A DNA stretch of 64,000 nt, taken from positions 685 to 64,684 of the forward strand of contig JAFVAO010000047.1 in the NCBI GenBank assembly GCA_017480445.1. Direction: 5' to 3'. The translations under genes were made by a program, and so were the position numbers. Under the pieces are notes generated by a model that made no database searches, had not been told where the DNA came from, and saw nothing but the letters and a program-made list of their open reading frames with translations. Below are positions 50,948 through 59,886 of this stretch, in pieces (the stretch's first letter is position 1; each line of letters opens with the position of its first letter). Source of the stretch: Lachnospiraceae bacterium (GTDB taxonomy: Bacteria; Bacillota; Clostridia; Lachnospirales; Lachnospiraceae).

Positions 50948-52297
50948 ATGATCAAGGCATCTCATTACGACGAACAACACAACCTTTACCATGTGCCCTG
51001 CCTGCAGGGCGTCCCGCACAAGCCTGCGGATGTTTTCCCCGTGACGGTCTCCGTTCCGGGTTCAAAGAGCATCACCAACCGCGCCCTGTTGTTGGCCACG
51101 CTGGCGCAGGGGCGCTCCGTCCTGCGGGGTGTCTTATTCTCGGACGACTCCCGGCATTTCCTGCAATGTGTGCAGGACCTGGGATTTGCGACCGACGTGG
51201 ATGAAGCCGGCGAGACCGTCACTGTCACGGGCTGCGGCGGTTCTGTCCCCGCGCGGGAGGCTTCTATCTATGTGGGGAGCGCCGGCACCGCCGCCCGCTT
51301 TCTCACCGCGTATCTGGGCGTCTCCCACGGCACCTACCATCTGGACGCCTCGGAGCAGATGCGTCGCAGACCCATGGCGCCTCTGCTTGCAGCCCTGCGC
51401 GCGCTGGGCTGCAGTATACAGTGCGAAACTGACCGCGAAGGATTTTTTCCTTTTACAATAGAGAGCAGCGGCTTTGCCAGGGATGAGATCACCGTGAATA
51501 TCGATCACAGCAGCCAGTTTTTGAGCGCTCTGCTGATCGCCTCCACGCTGGCGGATCGGGATTTCACCGTACAGGTGGAAGGCACCCACGGCATGGCGTA
51601 CATCGCAATGACCTGCCGGATGATGGAGCAATTCGGCGTGCAGGTGTCCCGTCCTTCTGCGCAGACCTTTCTCACGAAGGGCGGCCAGCACTATACCCCG
51701 TTGGACTACCGGATCGAGCCGGATGTCTCCGCCGCCTGCTATTTCTACGCCTGGGCACCGCTTCTGGGCGTGCCGGTGCAGGTAAGCCACGTACACTTTG
51801 ACTCTCTGCAGGGCGATGTCGCCTTTCTGCGGATTCTGGCGCAGATGGGCTGCAGCGTCGACGACGCGCCGGAAGGCATCGTGGTACGGCCGCCCGCGAA
51901 CGGCTTCCACGGCGTCACGGCAGACATGTCCGCCTGCTCGGATCAGGCCATCACGCTGGCGGCGATTGCGCCGTTTGCGGACACCCCCACCACCATCACA
52001 GGCATCGGCCATATCCGTTTTCAGGAGAGCGACCGCATCCATGCCATCGTGACTGAACTGGGGAAGATGGGTATCCGCTGCGACGAAACATCGGAGGGCT
52101 CCATCACCATTTATCCCGGCACACCCGCTCCCTGCACGGTGGACACCTACGACGATCACCGCATGGCGATGGGCTTTTCCCTGATCGGACTGCGCGTGCC
52201 GGACATCGTGATCCGGGATCCCGGCTGCTGCCGGAAAACCTTTGAACAGTACTTCGAGGTACTGGAGGAAACAATTGTCAAATATTTCGAGATATGA
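50948..52297 (+). CDS. aroA: 3-phosphoshikimate 1-carboxyvinyltransferase (EPSP synthase)
   Basis: PGSKSITNRALL, GSAGTAARF, SSQFLSALL, ESDRI, DDHRMAM. Confidence 0.93.
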   Translation: MIKASHYDEQHNLYHVPCLQGVPHKPADVFPVTVSVPGSKSITNRALLLATLAQGRSVLRGVLFSDDSRHFLQCVQDLGFATDVDEAGETVTVTGCGGSVPAREASIYVGSAGTAARFLTAYLGVSHGTYHLDASEQMRRRPMAPLLAALRALGCSIQCETDREGFFPFTIESSGFARDEITVNIDHSSQFLSALLIASTLADRDFTVQVEGTHGMAYIAMTCRMMEQFGVQVSRPSAQTFLTKGGQHYTPLDYRIEPDVSAACYFYAWAPLLGVPVQVSHVHFDSLQGDVAFLRILAQMGCSVDDAPEGIVVRPPANGFHGVTADMSACSDQAITLAAIAPFADTPTTITGIGHIRFQESDRIHAIVTELGKMGIRCDETSEGSITIYPGTPAPCTVDTYDDHRMAMGFSLIGLRVPDIVIRDPGCCRKTFEQYFEVLEETIVKYFEI

Positions 52298-52361
52298 TAT
52301 ACTTATTTCTCTATAAAAATAGTTTTATCGCATAAAGAAATAGATCGAAAGGGGTATCCTT

Positions 52362-53297
52362 ATGAGCAAGAAGAAAGTTGTAGTTTCACTGGGACATGAA
52401 TCTTTAGGCTACACCACCTTAGAGCAGATGGATGCGGTGAAAGTGACCGCCAAGGCGCTCGCAGACTTGGTGGAGGCGGATTATCAGCTGACCATCACCC
52501 ATTCGAACGGTCCGCAGGTCAGCATGATCCACAAGGCAATGACCGAGCTGCGCCGCGTCTACATCGACTATACCCCCGCTCCCATGTGTGTGTGCTCCGC
52601 CATGAGCCAGGGCTATGTGGGCTATGATATCCAGAACGCGCTGCGCAGCGAACTGCTCGGCCGCGGCATCTATAAGCCCGTGAGCACCATTCTCACCCAG
52701 GTAACCGTGGATCCCTATGATGAAGCGTTCTACGAGCCCACCAAGCGGATCGGACGCTACATGTCCAAGGAGGACGCTGAGGTAGAGATCAACAAGGGAA
52801 ATTATGTACAGGAGATTCCAGGCAAGGGATACCGCCGCGTGGTGGCGGCACCCAAGCCCATTGATATCGTAGAGATCGAGACGATCCGCACATTGGTCAA
52901 CGCGGATCAGGTTGTGATTGCCTGCGGCGGAGGCGGCATCCCCGTCATCGAGCAGAATCATGTACTCAAGGGCGCATCCGCTGTCATCGAGAAGGACGCC
53001 ATCGCCGGCAAACTGGCGGTCGACCTGCAAACGGAGGAGCTCATCATTCTCACCAATGTGGACTATGTCTGCAAGCACTTCGGCAAGCCCGACCAGACGC
53101 CGCTTCCCACGCTCACCGTGGCGGAGGCGAAGGAACTGATGGCCCAGGGCGAATTCGAGGCCGGCACCATGCTGCCCAAGATCGAAGCTGCCATTTTCTA
53201 TCTGGAAAAAGTGCCCTCCGGCAAGGTACTGATCACCTCCATGGGCTGTGTAAAACAGGCGCTCAAGGGCGCTGCCGGCACTGTGATCACCGCCTGA
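52362..53297 (+). CDS. arcC: Carbamate kinase (divergent)
   Basis: THSNGPQV, SQGYVGY, PTKRIG, YRRVVAAPKP, CGGGGIPV, VIEKD, GTMLPK. Confidence 0.85.
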   Translation: MSKKKVVVSLGHESLGYTTLEQMDAVKVTAKALADLVEADYQLTITHSNGPQVSMIHKAMTELRRVYIDYTPAPMCVCSAMSQGYVGYDIQNALRSELLGRGIYKPVSTILTQVTVDPYDEAFYEPTKRIGRYMSKEDAEVEINKGNYVQEIPGKGYRRVVAAPKPIDIVEIETIRTLVNADQVVIACGGGGIPVIEQNHVLKGASAVIEKDAIAGKLAVDLQTEELIILTNVDYVCKHFGKPDQTPLPTLTVAEAKELMAQGEFEAGTMLPKIEAAIFYLEKVPSGKVLITSMGCVKQALKGAAGTVITA

Positions 53298-53739
53298 TCC
53301 CCAGCGCAGTGCAGAGCGTGCCAACCGCAATCGCGAGATCTGCCAGATTGAACACCAGATTCCGCAGCGGTTTCCAGCGCACCGGAACGCTCAGATAATC
53401 TACCACATAAGTCCTCCGGTACCGGTCAAAGGTATTGCTACATCCGCCGCCTGTGACAAGCGCCAGGCCAAAGCGCAGCAGACCGTTGCCGCGCTTCCCG
53501 AGGCTGAACAGGAACCCCGCCGCAGTAAGGGCAGTCAGACCCGCGGACAATCCCGTCCAGTCCCTGCCCTCCCCGATCCGGAAGGCCATGCCGGCGTTGT
53601 GGGACCGGCGCAGCAGCAGCCTGCCGCCGCAGATCGGCTTCACCTCCCCCGGGGAAAGGGACATTTTTTCTACCCGTGCTTTACAAAAAAGATCCGCACC
53701 GGCGACGGTCGGAATCATCCATGCATACCATAATTTCAT
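53287..53739 (-). CDS. lspA: Lipoprotein signal peptidase II
   Basis: HNAGMAF, GGCSNTFDR, VVDYL, VFNLADLAI. Confidence 0.85.
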   Translation of the reverse strand: MKLWYAWMIPTVAGADLFCKARVEKMSLSPGEVKPICGGRLLLRRSHNAGMAFRIGEGRDWTGLSAGLTALTAAGFLFSLGKRGNGLLRFGLALVTGGGCSNTFDRYRRTYVVDYLSVPVRWKPLRNLVFNLADLAIAVGTLCTALGIRR

Positions 53740-53964
53740 GCTTTTATTCTCCAAATTTTTCCTTTTTTACAGACACCTTGCGCCAAAACAAAGTGTTTTA
53801 CCTATTATCTATGATATTTTGACACTTAGCAACCTTTTTTTATATTTTATAAAAAGTAAAAAAATCGCAAAATATGGTCTATCCACCCGTTGCTGCGGCA
53901 CTAGATGTTGTAAAATTTGTCTTATATTTTATTTTTTGTAAGCAATTACACAAATTCCTATCTA

Positions 53965-53993
53965 TTGACATCCAACGGGATTTTATTTATACT
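53965..53993 (+). promoter_or_regulatory. Sigma-70 promoter
   Basis: TTGACA-17 bp-TATACT upstream of 54062. Confidence 0.7.
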
Positions 53994-54061
53994 AATACAG
54001 TAAAGACCTCTTTATGCTCTTTTGGTCTATTGAGAAGAATTGAGAAGCGAGGCGAAGGCAT

Positions 54062-55672
54062 ATGGCAAACAATGTTTTTCAGTGTGATGTGAACAGAGGT
54101 TTCCTGCGGAAAATCGACGGCAATGAGAAGGCTTTGTATCTGGAAATATCTGACACCATGATCACCGGAAAAGGAATCATTTATCTGGAAAGCAGCCAGC
54201 GTGAATATAGCGGCGACATCAATTATGAAATCAAATCTATCAAGAAAGCGGAGCGTTCTGTATATGAGGGGTTGGACGCGCTGATTATTTATGTGCGTGT
54301 AGCATCTCTTTACGGCGCACAGAAGTTACAGGTTCGCCTGCCCGGTCTTCGCGATTTATCCGTTGCATTGAATATGATTAACGACCTGATCGATGCCTCC
54401 AATCCCGGCGCAGTCACTGCATCGGCTCCTACACCTGCTCCGGCGGCTCCGGCGCCCGCAACTACTCCTGCACCTGCAGCACCGACACCTGTAGCTCCGA
54501 CACCTGTAGCTCCGGCAGCACCTACACCCGTGGTTCCTACTCCTGTAGCGCCCACACCGGTTGCGCCCACGCCTGTGGCACCGACACCGATTGCACCGAC
54601 ACCCGTGGCTCCTACTCCTGTAGCGCCCACACCGGTTGCACCCACACCCGTGGTACCCACGCCGACAGCGGCACCTGCCTCTGTGATTTCCGTGGAGGAG
54701 TACAAGAAAAAGTTAGAAAAGCTCGAGGCGATCTACCAGACCGGTATGATCACCGAGAAGGAATACAAGAGCACCAAAGCAGAATATATCAGCGTGCTGA
54801 ACGGGCTCGACGCGTTCTACAATAAAGTAAAAGTCAATCTGCAGTACAGCGAGGTTGGTTTCCTCTCCGCTGCAGAGTTTGCAGAGTTCAAGAAATCCAC
54901 GATCGAGGAATGTTCCGATCTGGTGACCGCATCCAACGATGTGCTGCGCCAGAACCTGAAGAAGCTCCTCATCCTGTACCTGTTTGAGATCCTGTCTGAT
55001 GAAGAGTATGAGAATATCTGCTCCAACATCACCCGGTCCGTACAGTACTCTTCCAGCGACACGGAGGAGATGACCGTAGACAAGATCAACAAGTGGCCGA
55101 TTCTGAAGGATTGCGAGATCATTTCCGAGGCACAGTACGAGCAGTTCATCAAGCTGGTATCCGACGATACTAAAATCCGCATGAACGAGAGCCTGCCTGT
55201 TTTGGAGCACAAGCTCATGAGACTGACCACGATTTCCAACACCTTCCTGTTCACACCGGAAGAGTTCGCTGCCAAGAAGCAGGAGCTGGTTACCGAGATG
55301 ACCACCTTAGATTACAGCTCCGAGGCCAAGATCAAGAGCCAGATCGCATGTATCGTCACCCTGAGAAAGTGCGAGTGGATCAGCGATCTCGAGTATCAGG
55401 CAAAGAAAAACGAAATCTGCTCCTCCATCGAGGCAGACGAGGATATTGTCAACAGATTACAGCAGCTGAATATGCTCACCACCATCAGTTTCCTCACGCC
55501 CGAGGAGTACAAGGGCTACGAGCAGAAGGTCATCGACGATATCTTCCAGCCGTACAGCGATATCAGCGAGTTGCAGAAAAAGGCACAGAATCTGATGAAG
55601 CTGAAGGATGCCTCCATCATCACAGAGGAAGAGTTCAACGGCTACAAGAAAAAGCTCCTATCCCTGTCCTGA
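54062..55672 (+). CDS. Protein with beta-rich N-domain, Pro/Thr linker and ~8 SHOCT-like repeats
   Basis: PTPVA repeats; recurring L..L...G.(I/L)(S/T)..E(Y/F)...K..(L/I) motif. Confidence 0.7.
   Translation: MANNVFQCDVNRGFLRKIDGNEKALYLEISDTMITGKGIIYLESSQREYSGDINYEIKSIKKAERSVYEGLDALIIYVRVASLYGAQKLQVRLPGLRDLSVALNMINDLIDASNPGAVTASAPTPAPAAPAPATTPAPAAPTPVAPTPVAPAAPTPVVPTPVAPTPVAPTPVAPTPIAPTPVAPTPVAPTPVAPTPVVPTPTAAPASVISVEEYKKKLEKLEAIYQTGMITEKEYKSTKAEYISVLNGLDAFYNKVKVNLQYSEVGFLSAAEFAEFKKSTIEECSDLVTASNDVLRQNLKKLLILYLFEILSDEEYENICSNITRSVQYSSSDTEEMTVDKINKWPILKDCEIISEAQYEQFIKLVSDDTKIRMNESLPVLEHKLMRLTTISNTFLFTPEEFAAKKQELVTEMTTLDYSSEAKIKSQIACIVTLRKCEWISDLEYQAKKNEICSSIEADEDIVNRLQQLNMLTTISFLTPEEYKGYEQKVIDDIFQPYSDISELQKKAQNLMKLKDASIITEEEFNGYKKKLLSLS
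54425..54679 (+). repeat. 15-bp/5-aa tandem repeat (PTPVA) low-complexity linker
   Basis: About 12 PTP(V/I)(A/V) units with synonymous codon variation. Confidence 0.9.
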
Positions 55673-55705
55673 TTTACAGGCACCGATTTATTGAACCAAA
55701 AAAGC

Positions 55706-55739
55706 GAGCCGGACACAGATGTGTCCGGCTCTTATTTTG
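55706..55739. terminator. Bidirectional terminator
   Basis: GAGCCGGACAC-AGAT-GTGTCCGGCTC with A/T-rich flanks between convergent genes. Confidence 0.8.
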
Positions 55740-55747
55740 TCCCGCCG

Positions 55748-56071
55748 CTATCTGCCGACCAGCCAACTCAAGGACCCCAGCACTTCCTCCAGCTGCGCCA
55801 CCGCTTCATTCAGATTGGTAAAATCCAGCTTTTCCAATCCCTTCGCCGCACTCTGGAAGCTCTCCAGACTCGGTCCCAGGCTTTCCGTCATCGTCTTCAG
55901 CTCTTTGGTCACTTCACTCAACTGATCCATCACCGCATTGACCTTTCCGAAGGTATGCACCAGCTGCGGCACCACGATCAGCGCTGACACCAGCACCACC
56001 AGGAAAATACCGCACAGACAGGCCGTGCTGATCACTGACATCCGATATTGCTTTTTTGCGTATTCTTCCAT
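55748..56071 (-). CDS. Small single-TM coiled-coil protein
   Basis: TM helix followed by amphipathic helix; start uncertain. Confidence 0.6.
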   Translation of the reverse strand: MEEYAKKQYRMSVISTACLCGIFLVVLVSALIVVPQLVHTFGKVNAVMDQLSEVTKELKTMTESLGPSLESFQSAAKGLEKLDFTNLNEAVAQLEEVLGSLSWLVGR

Positions 56072-56119
56072 ACTCTTTATTTTCACTCCTCTAACTGCCA
56101 AACTCCGCTGTTGCCGCTG

Positions 56120-56557
56120 CTATTTGGTGAGCTCTGCCACCACCTGATTGATCACCTTGCCATCTGCCTTGCCCTTGAGCTGTCCCATGACTTCCTTCAT
56201 GATCTGTCCCTTATTGCCGGTGGCCAAAAGCTCCGCGAACTTCTCCTGCAAAAATGCCTTGACCTCCTCCGCGGACATCAGCTTCGGCGCGAACTCGCTC
56301 ATGATTTCATAGCGCTTCTGATACTCCTCGAGCAGCTCCGTCCGCTCCGCCGGGCAAGTATCGATCTGCTCCCGCACGGACTTGATCTCCTTCAGGATCG
56401 CCTGATTGGCCATCTCATCCGGAATATCTTCCCTGCATCCGGCATCGATTCCGGCCTTCTTCACAGCGGATACCAACGAACCGATGGCATCCTTTCTGAA
56501 TTTATCCTTCGCCTTCATAGCGGCAATCATTGCGTCCTGCAACTCTTTTAACTTCAT
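56120..56557 (-). CDS. GatB/YqeY domain protein
   Basis: MIAAMKAKD, PKLMSAEE, GQIMKEVM...GKADGK. Confidence 0.9.
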   Translation of the reverse strand: MKLKELQDAMIAAMKAKDKFRKDAIGSLVSAVKKAGIDAGCREDIPDEMANQAILKEIKSVREQIDTCPAERTELLEEYQKRYEIMSEFAPKLMSAEEVKAFLQEKFAELLATGNKGQIMKEVMGQLKGKADGKVINQVVAELTK

Positions 56558-56656
56558 ACTGCACTCCTCCTGTCCTTTTATAAAGAATCTTTCTCCATTA
56601 TAATGACTTCTCTTCCATTCGGCAAGATCAAAAAACGATTGATTGAAAAAAACTGT

Positions 56657-57148
56657 TTACGGCACCCGTTTGACCAGCTCCGCGCCCAGAATACCGATCA
56701 CCGCGCCCGCCGCCATCCCGCAAAACCACAGGATCGCCAGGTACCACAGCACCGCATCCGTGCGCAGCAGATATGCGGCCGCCGCGACCTGCCCCACATT
56801 GTGCGCGATCCCGCCTGCCACACTCACCGTGATCAGCCCAAACCGCTCTGTCTTTTTCAGGCCGATCATCACCAGTCCGCTGAGCAGCGCCCCCGCCAGA
56901 CTGTACAACAGACTCACGCCGTTTCCGAACAACATCCCCACCAGCACAACCCGCACCGCATTGATTCCCAGCGCGCTGCCTGTGCCCATGCGGTACAGCG
57001 CATACAGCACCACGATATTGGTCAGTCCCAGCTTCATTCCGGGCACGGCAAAAAAGACCGGCAGCTGTGCCTCCACGTAGCTCAGAATCAGCGCCAGCGC
57101 GATCAGTATCCCAAATGTAGCGATTCTCTGTGTCCCTGTTCTCCGCAT
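56657..57148 (-). CDS. Gx transporter family / heptaprenyl diphosphate synthase component I-like membrane protein
   Basis: LSYVEAQLP..PGMKLGLTN, SLAGALLS, SVAGGIAHNVGQ. Confidence 0.85.
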   Translation of the reverse strand: MRRTGTQRIATFGILIALALILSYVEAQLPVFFAVPGMKLGLTNIVVLYALYRMGTGSALGINAVRVVLVGMLFGNGVSLLYSLAGALLSGLVMIGLKKTERFGLITVSVAGGIAHNVGQVAAAAYLLRTDAVLWYLAILWFCGMAAGAVIGILGAELVKRVP

Positions 57149-57151
57149 ACT

Positions 57152-57228
57152 CTAACCTTTCAGCCGGAATAGGTATCCACCGGCGTATACGCTAACTTCT
57201 CAACCGGAATAGGCATCCACCGGCGCAT
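57152..57228. repeat. 40-bp-period tandem duplication of the NusG-II gene 3' end
   Basis: Copies at 57152 and 57192 match at 32 of 37 positions. Confidence 0.85.
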
Positions 57229-57703
57229 CCCCGTCCGACTCGCCCACAATCTCGACCACCACCTGATGCGGCAGGCAAATGACGGACTGCCCCACACGGC
57301 TGATCCTGCCCATGTGCACACAGAGCTTGTCTGGACAGGAAGCCTCCTCAATCCAGGCGGCTCCTCCCTCGATCCGCAGACGATTTGTGCCACCCACACC
57401 ATCGATCACCACATCGCAGGAGACATCCAGCGGATACCGCGCGCGCACCGCGCCGTCCACCCGCACCTCCACTGCTTTCGGCGGCGTCGCCTGATAAAAG
57501 ATGCCGCACAGCAGACCGATCCCCACCAGGACAAACGACGTCAACAGCAGCACATCCGCTCTCCGACGCTTCCCGCCCTGCCGCTGTTCCATCCACGATT
57601 TCTCCTGCTGCCGCTCCTTCATCTGCAATGCTTCCTGCTGCTGTTCTTCCATCTGCAACGCTTCCCGCTGCCGCTCCTTCATCTGCAACTTTCGTTTCAT
57701 CAT
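57200..57703 (-). CDS. NusG domain II (DUF1312) containing membrane protein
   Basis: TM, then ASCPDKLCVHMGRIS...ICLPHQVVVEI. Confidence 0.85.
   Translation of the reverse strand: MMKRKLQMKERQREALQMEEQQQEALQMKERQQEKSWMEQRQGGKRRRADVLLLTSFVLVGIGLLCGIFYQATPPKAVEVRVDGAVRARYPLDVSCDVVIDGVGGTNRLRIEGGAAWIEEASCPDKLCVHMGRISRVGQSVICLPHQVVVEIVGESDGDAPVDAYSG
57601..57690 (-). repeat. 30-bp tandem repeat x3 (LQMKERQREA-like)
   Basis: Three ...ctgc(c/t)g(c/t)tc..catctgcaa.. units in the N-terminal coding region. Confidence 0.85.
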
Positions 57704-57812
57704 GTACCGACTCCGCTTCCTCATCTCTTCCGACCACCATTGTAGCACAGATCCGGCGGGATTAGAACAGCCAATTTTCCGGCACTGCCCCCGGCAATCT
57801 CCCCCGCATCGG

Positions 57813-57841
57813 TTGACACACCTCCCGGTAGATGATATATT
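57813..57841 (+). promoter_or_regulatory. Putative sigma-70 promoter
   Basis: TTGACA-17 bp-TATATT. Confidence 0.55.
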
Positions 57842-57899
57842 TTAAAGTGGATATGTGTCATTGTTACAACCAGTCCAAAAAGTATAAAGGAATCATCCC

Positions 57900-59819
57900 A
57901 TGAAAAAAGACGATTTCAGCAAATATATAGAGCATACCTCGGATATCCGTGAGCTCTCTTCCCCACAGATCAATGACATTGCCGGATCCGGGGAATACCG
58001 CCAAAAACTGAAACAAAACTTTCAATTGATCGGAGAGATTGCCCGCGAGAACCGCAAGATTCTGGAAGATGTGATCTACCCGCTCATCCGGTCCGACGAG
58101 GAACTCACGCCGCAGGACGTGCAGGATATCACCGAGCTGTCCGAACAGTTGGTGAACACCGCCGATCTGGAGAATCTGGATATCTCCATCATGTCCCTGC
58201 TGTCGACCAGACTCATGAAGGATGCGGAGAAAAAACAGGACGCCGAATACATTGTGCGCCAGCTGGATTCCCAGATCAACGCATCCTATTCCCTGAAGCT
58301 GATGACCAGCCGCATCTTTACGGATCTGTCCATCAGCCAGCATTTTAAAGATTTGGGCACCGAGGCATGGCAAGCCATCTCCGTCTATCTGCAGCCGGAG
58401 AAATTTGAGGCGCTCTCCGATGAGGCCAAATCCCTGGTGCTGCACAGCACGCGCTTTCACACCGTGCTGCACGAATCCTCGGCAGGCATCTCCCCGGAGG
58501 TGGCACGCGCATGGCTGGCCGAGCTGGACAATGTGGTTGCCTTATGTGAGAACCCCTATTACCGTCAGGCATTCCCGTCCTTTGACTGGAATTATTACGT
58601 CTTCCGCACCCTGGAGAACCACAGTGGCTTGTTAGACAGCCTGTACGGGGGAGAATTATCGCAGGAGGATGTGGAGAAAATTGCCGGCCGCCTGGAGCGC
58701 TGGCTCGCCCTGTGGCAGTCGGATCCCGCTATTTTTGAAAAATTTGCACCGCTGGATTTTGTATTGATCCCCGTTTATCGGGCAAGATACCTGACCGGGA
58801 AAATCTCCCGCGCCGAATATCTGACCGGCCTGTACGAGATCTACAGCCGTCGCAACAGATACAGCTATACCTACGACGACGTATATATCAATACCCGGAT
58901 TCCGCTCAATTACCTGCTGTGTGCCGAAACAGCGGATTTCACCGCCCAAGAACTGGATACTTTACAAGTATTGTACCAGGATGTGTGCAATTACGCTTTC
59001 CGCATGCCCAACAGCGGAACCCTCACCGCTCTGTTAGACTTCTGTTCCGTCCTGATCAAGCGGTTCATCGAGGTGCCCGGCAGCATCACATTTCAGGAGA
59101 TGTGCCTGAACCTGTTGGCGGCGTTCCATCCGCCAACCTATGTACACTCGGTGACGGTGGCCAATCTGACCAAATGCATCAGCAGCCATCTGATCTACTA
59201 CCGGCCGGAACTTTTCATCGGCATCTGCGACTGCAAGACCGTCGAAGAAGTGACCGAGAACCGCAACCGTATTATGCAGTTCGCGTACAATGCCGGGCTC
59301 TGTCATGACTTCGGCAAAACTCTGTTGACGGACATTATCTTTATCTACGGCCGCAAGCTGCTGGATTTTGAATTCGATATCGTCAAGCAGCACCCCAGCC
59401 TGGGCGGCGCGCTCATGCGTCTCCACCCCTCCACCCAACCCTACGCGGAGGTCGCTGAGGGACATCACAAATGGTACGATAACAGCGCGGGGTATCCGGA
59501 GACGCTGGATACGTCCCAATGCAAGCTCAAGACCATCATCGACATCGTCAACTGTGCCGACTGTATGGACGCGGCAACCGATACCGTCGGCCGCTCCTAC
59601 AACATCGGCAAGACGCTGGATGATTTCCTCGCGGAGCTGCACGCCGGCGCCGGCACCCGCTACTCACCCTATCTGTCGGAGCTGCTCACCCACCAGGAGG
59701 TGCGGGACGATCTGGACTACCTGCTTGCCATCGGCAGACAGAACAACTATCAGAATACCTATCTTTTGCTGAAACGCGTGCAGACAGAAGCTGAACACGA
59801 AAAAGAAGCGGCCGATTAA
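57900..59819 (+). CDS. HD-GYP-like phosphohydrolase with ~400-aa helical N-terminal region
   Basis: YVHSVTVA, CHDFGK, KQHPSLG, GHHKWYDNSAGYP, CADCMDA. Confidence 0.8.
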   Translation: MKKDDFSKYIEHTSDIRELSSPQINDIAGSGEYRQKLKQNFQLIGEIARENRKILEDVIYPLIRSDEELTPQDVQDITELSEQLVNTADLENLDISIMSLLSTRLMKDAEKKQDAEYIVRQLDSQINASYSLKLMTSRIFTDLSISQHFKDLGTEAWQAISVYLQPEKFEALSDEAKSLVLHSTRFHTVLHESSAGISPEVARAWLAELDNVVALCENPYYRQAFPSFDWNYYVFRTLENHSGLLDSLYGGELSQEDVEKIAGRLERWLALWQSDPAIFEKFAPLDFVLIPVYRARYLTGKISRAEYLTGLYEIYSRRNRYSYTYDDVYINTRIPLNYLLCAETADFTAQELDTLQVLYQDVCNYAFRMPNSGTLTALLDFCSVLIKRFIEVPGSITFQEMCLNLLAAFHPPTYVHSVTVANLTKCISSHLIYYRPELFIGICDCKTVEEVTENRNRIMQFAYNAGLCHDFGKTLLTDIIFIYGRKLLDFEFDIVKQHPSLGGALMRLHPSTQPYAEVAEGHHKWYDNSAGYPETLDTSQCKLKTIIDIVNCADCMDAATDTVGRSYNIGKTLDDFLAELHAGAGTRYSPYLSELLTHQEVRDDLDYLLAIGRQNNYQNTYLLLKRVQTEAEHEKEAAD

Positions 59820-59832
59820 AGCCGCTTCTTTT
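59801..59832. terminator. Bidirectional terminator
   Basis: AAAAGAAGCGGC-N8-GCCGCTTCTTTT. Confidence 0.8.
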
Positions 59833-59836
59833 GTTA

Positions 59837-59878
59837 TCCGCCTTATGCCATCTGCTTTATGCCATCCACCTTATGCCA
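59837..59878. repeat. 14-bp tandem repeat x3
   Basis: tccgccttatgcca tctgctttatgcca tccaccttatgcca. Confidence 0.85.
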
Positions 59879-59886
59879 TCCACTTT

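Noticed and set aside
54310-54705. Minus-strand GVGAT-repeat ORF, or a CRISPR-like array
   Set aside because: Reverse complement of the PTPVA coding repeat; no spacers
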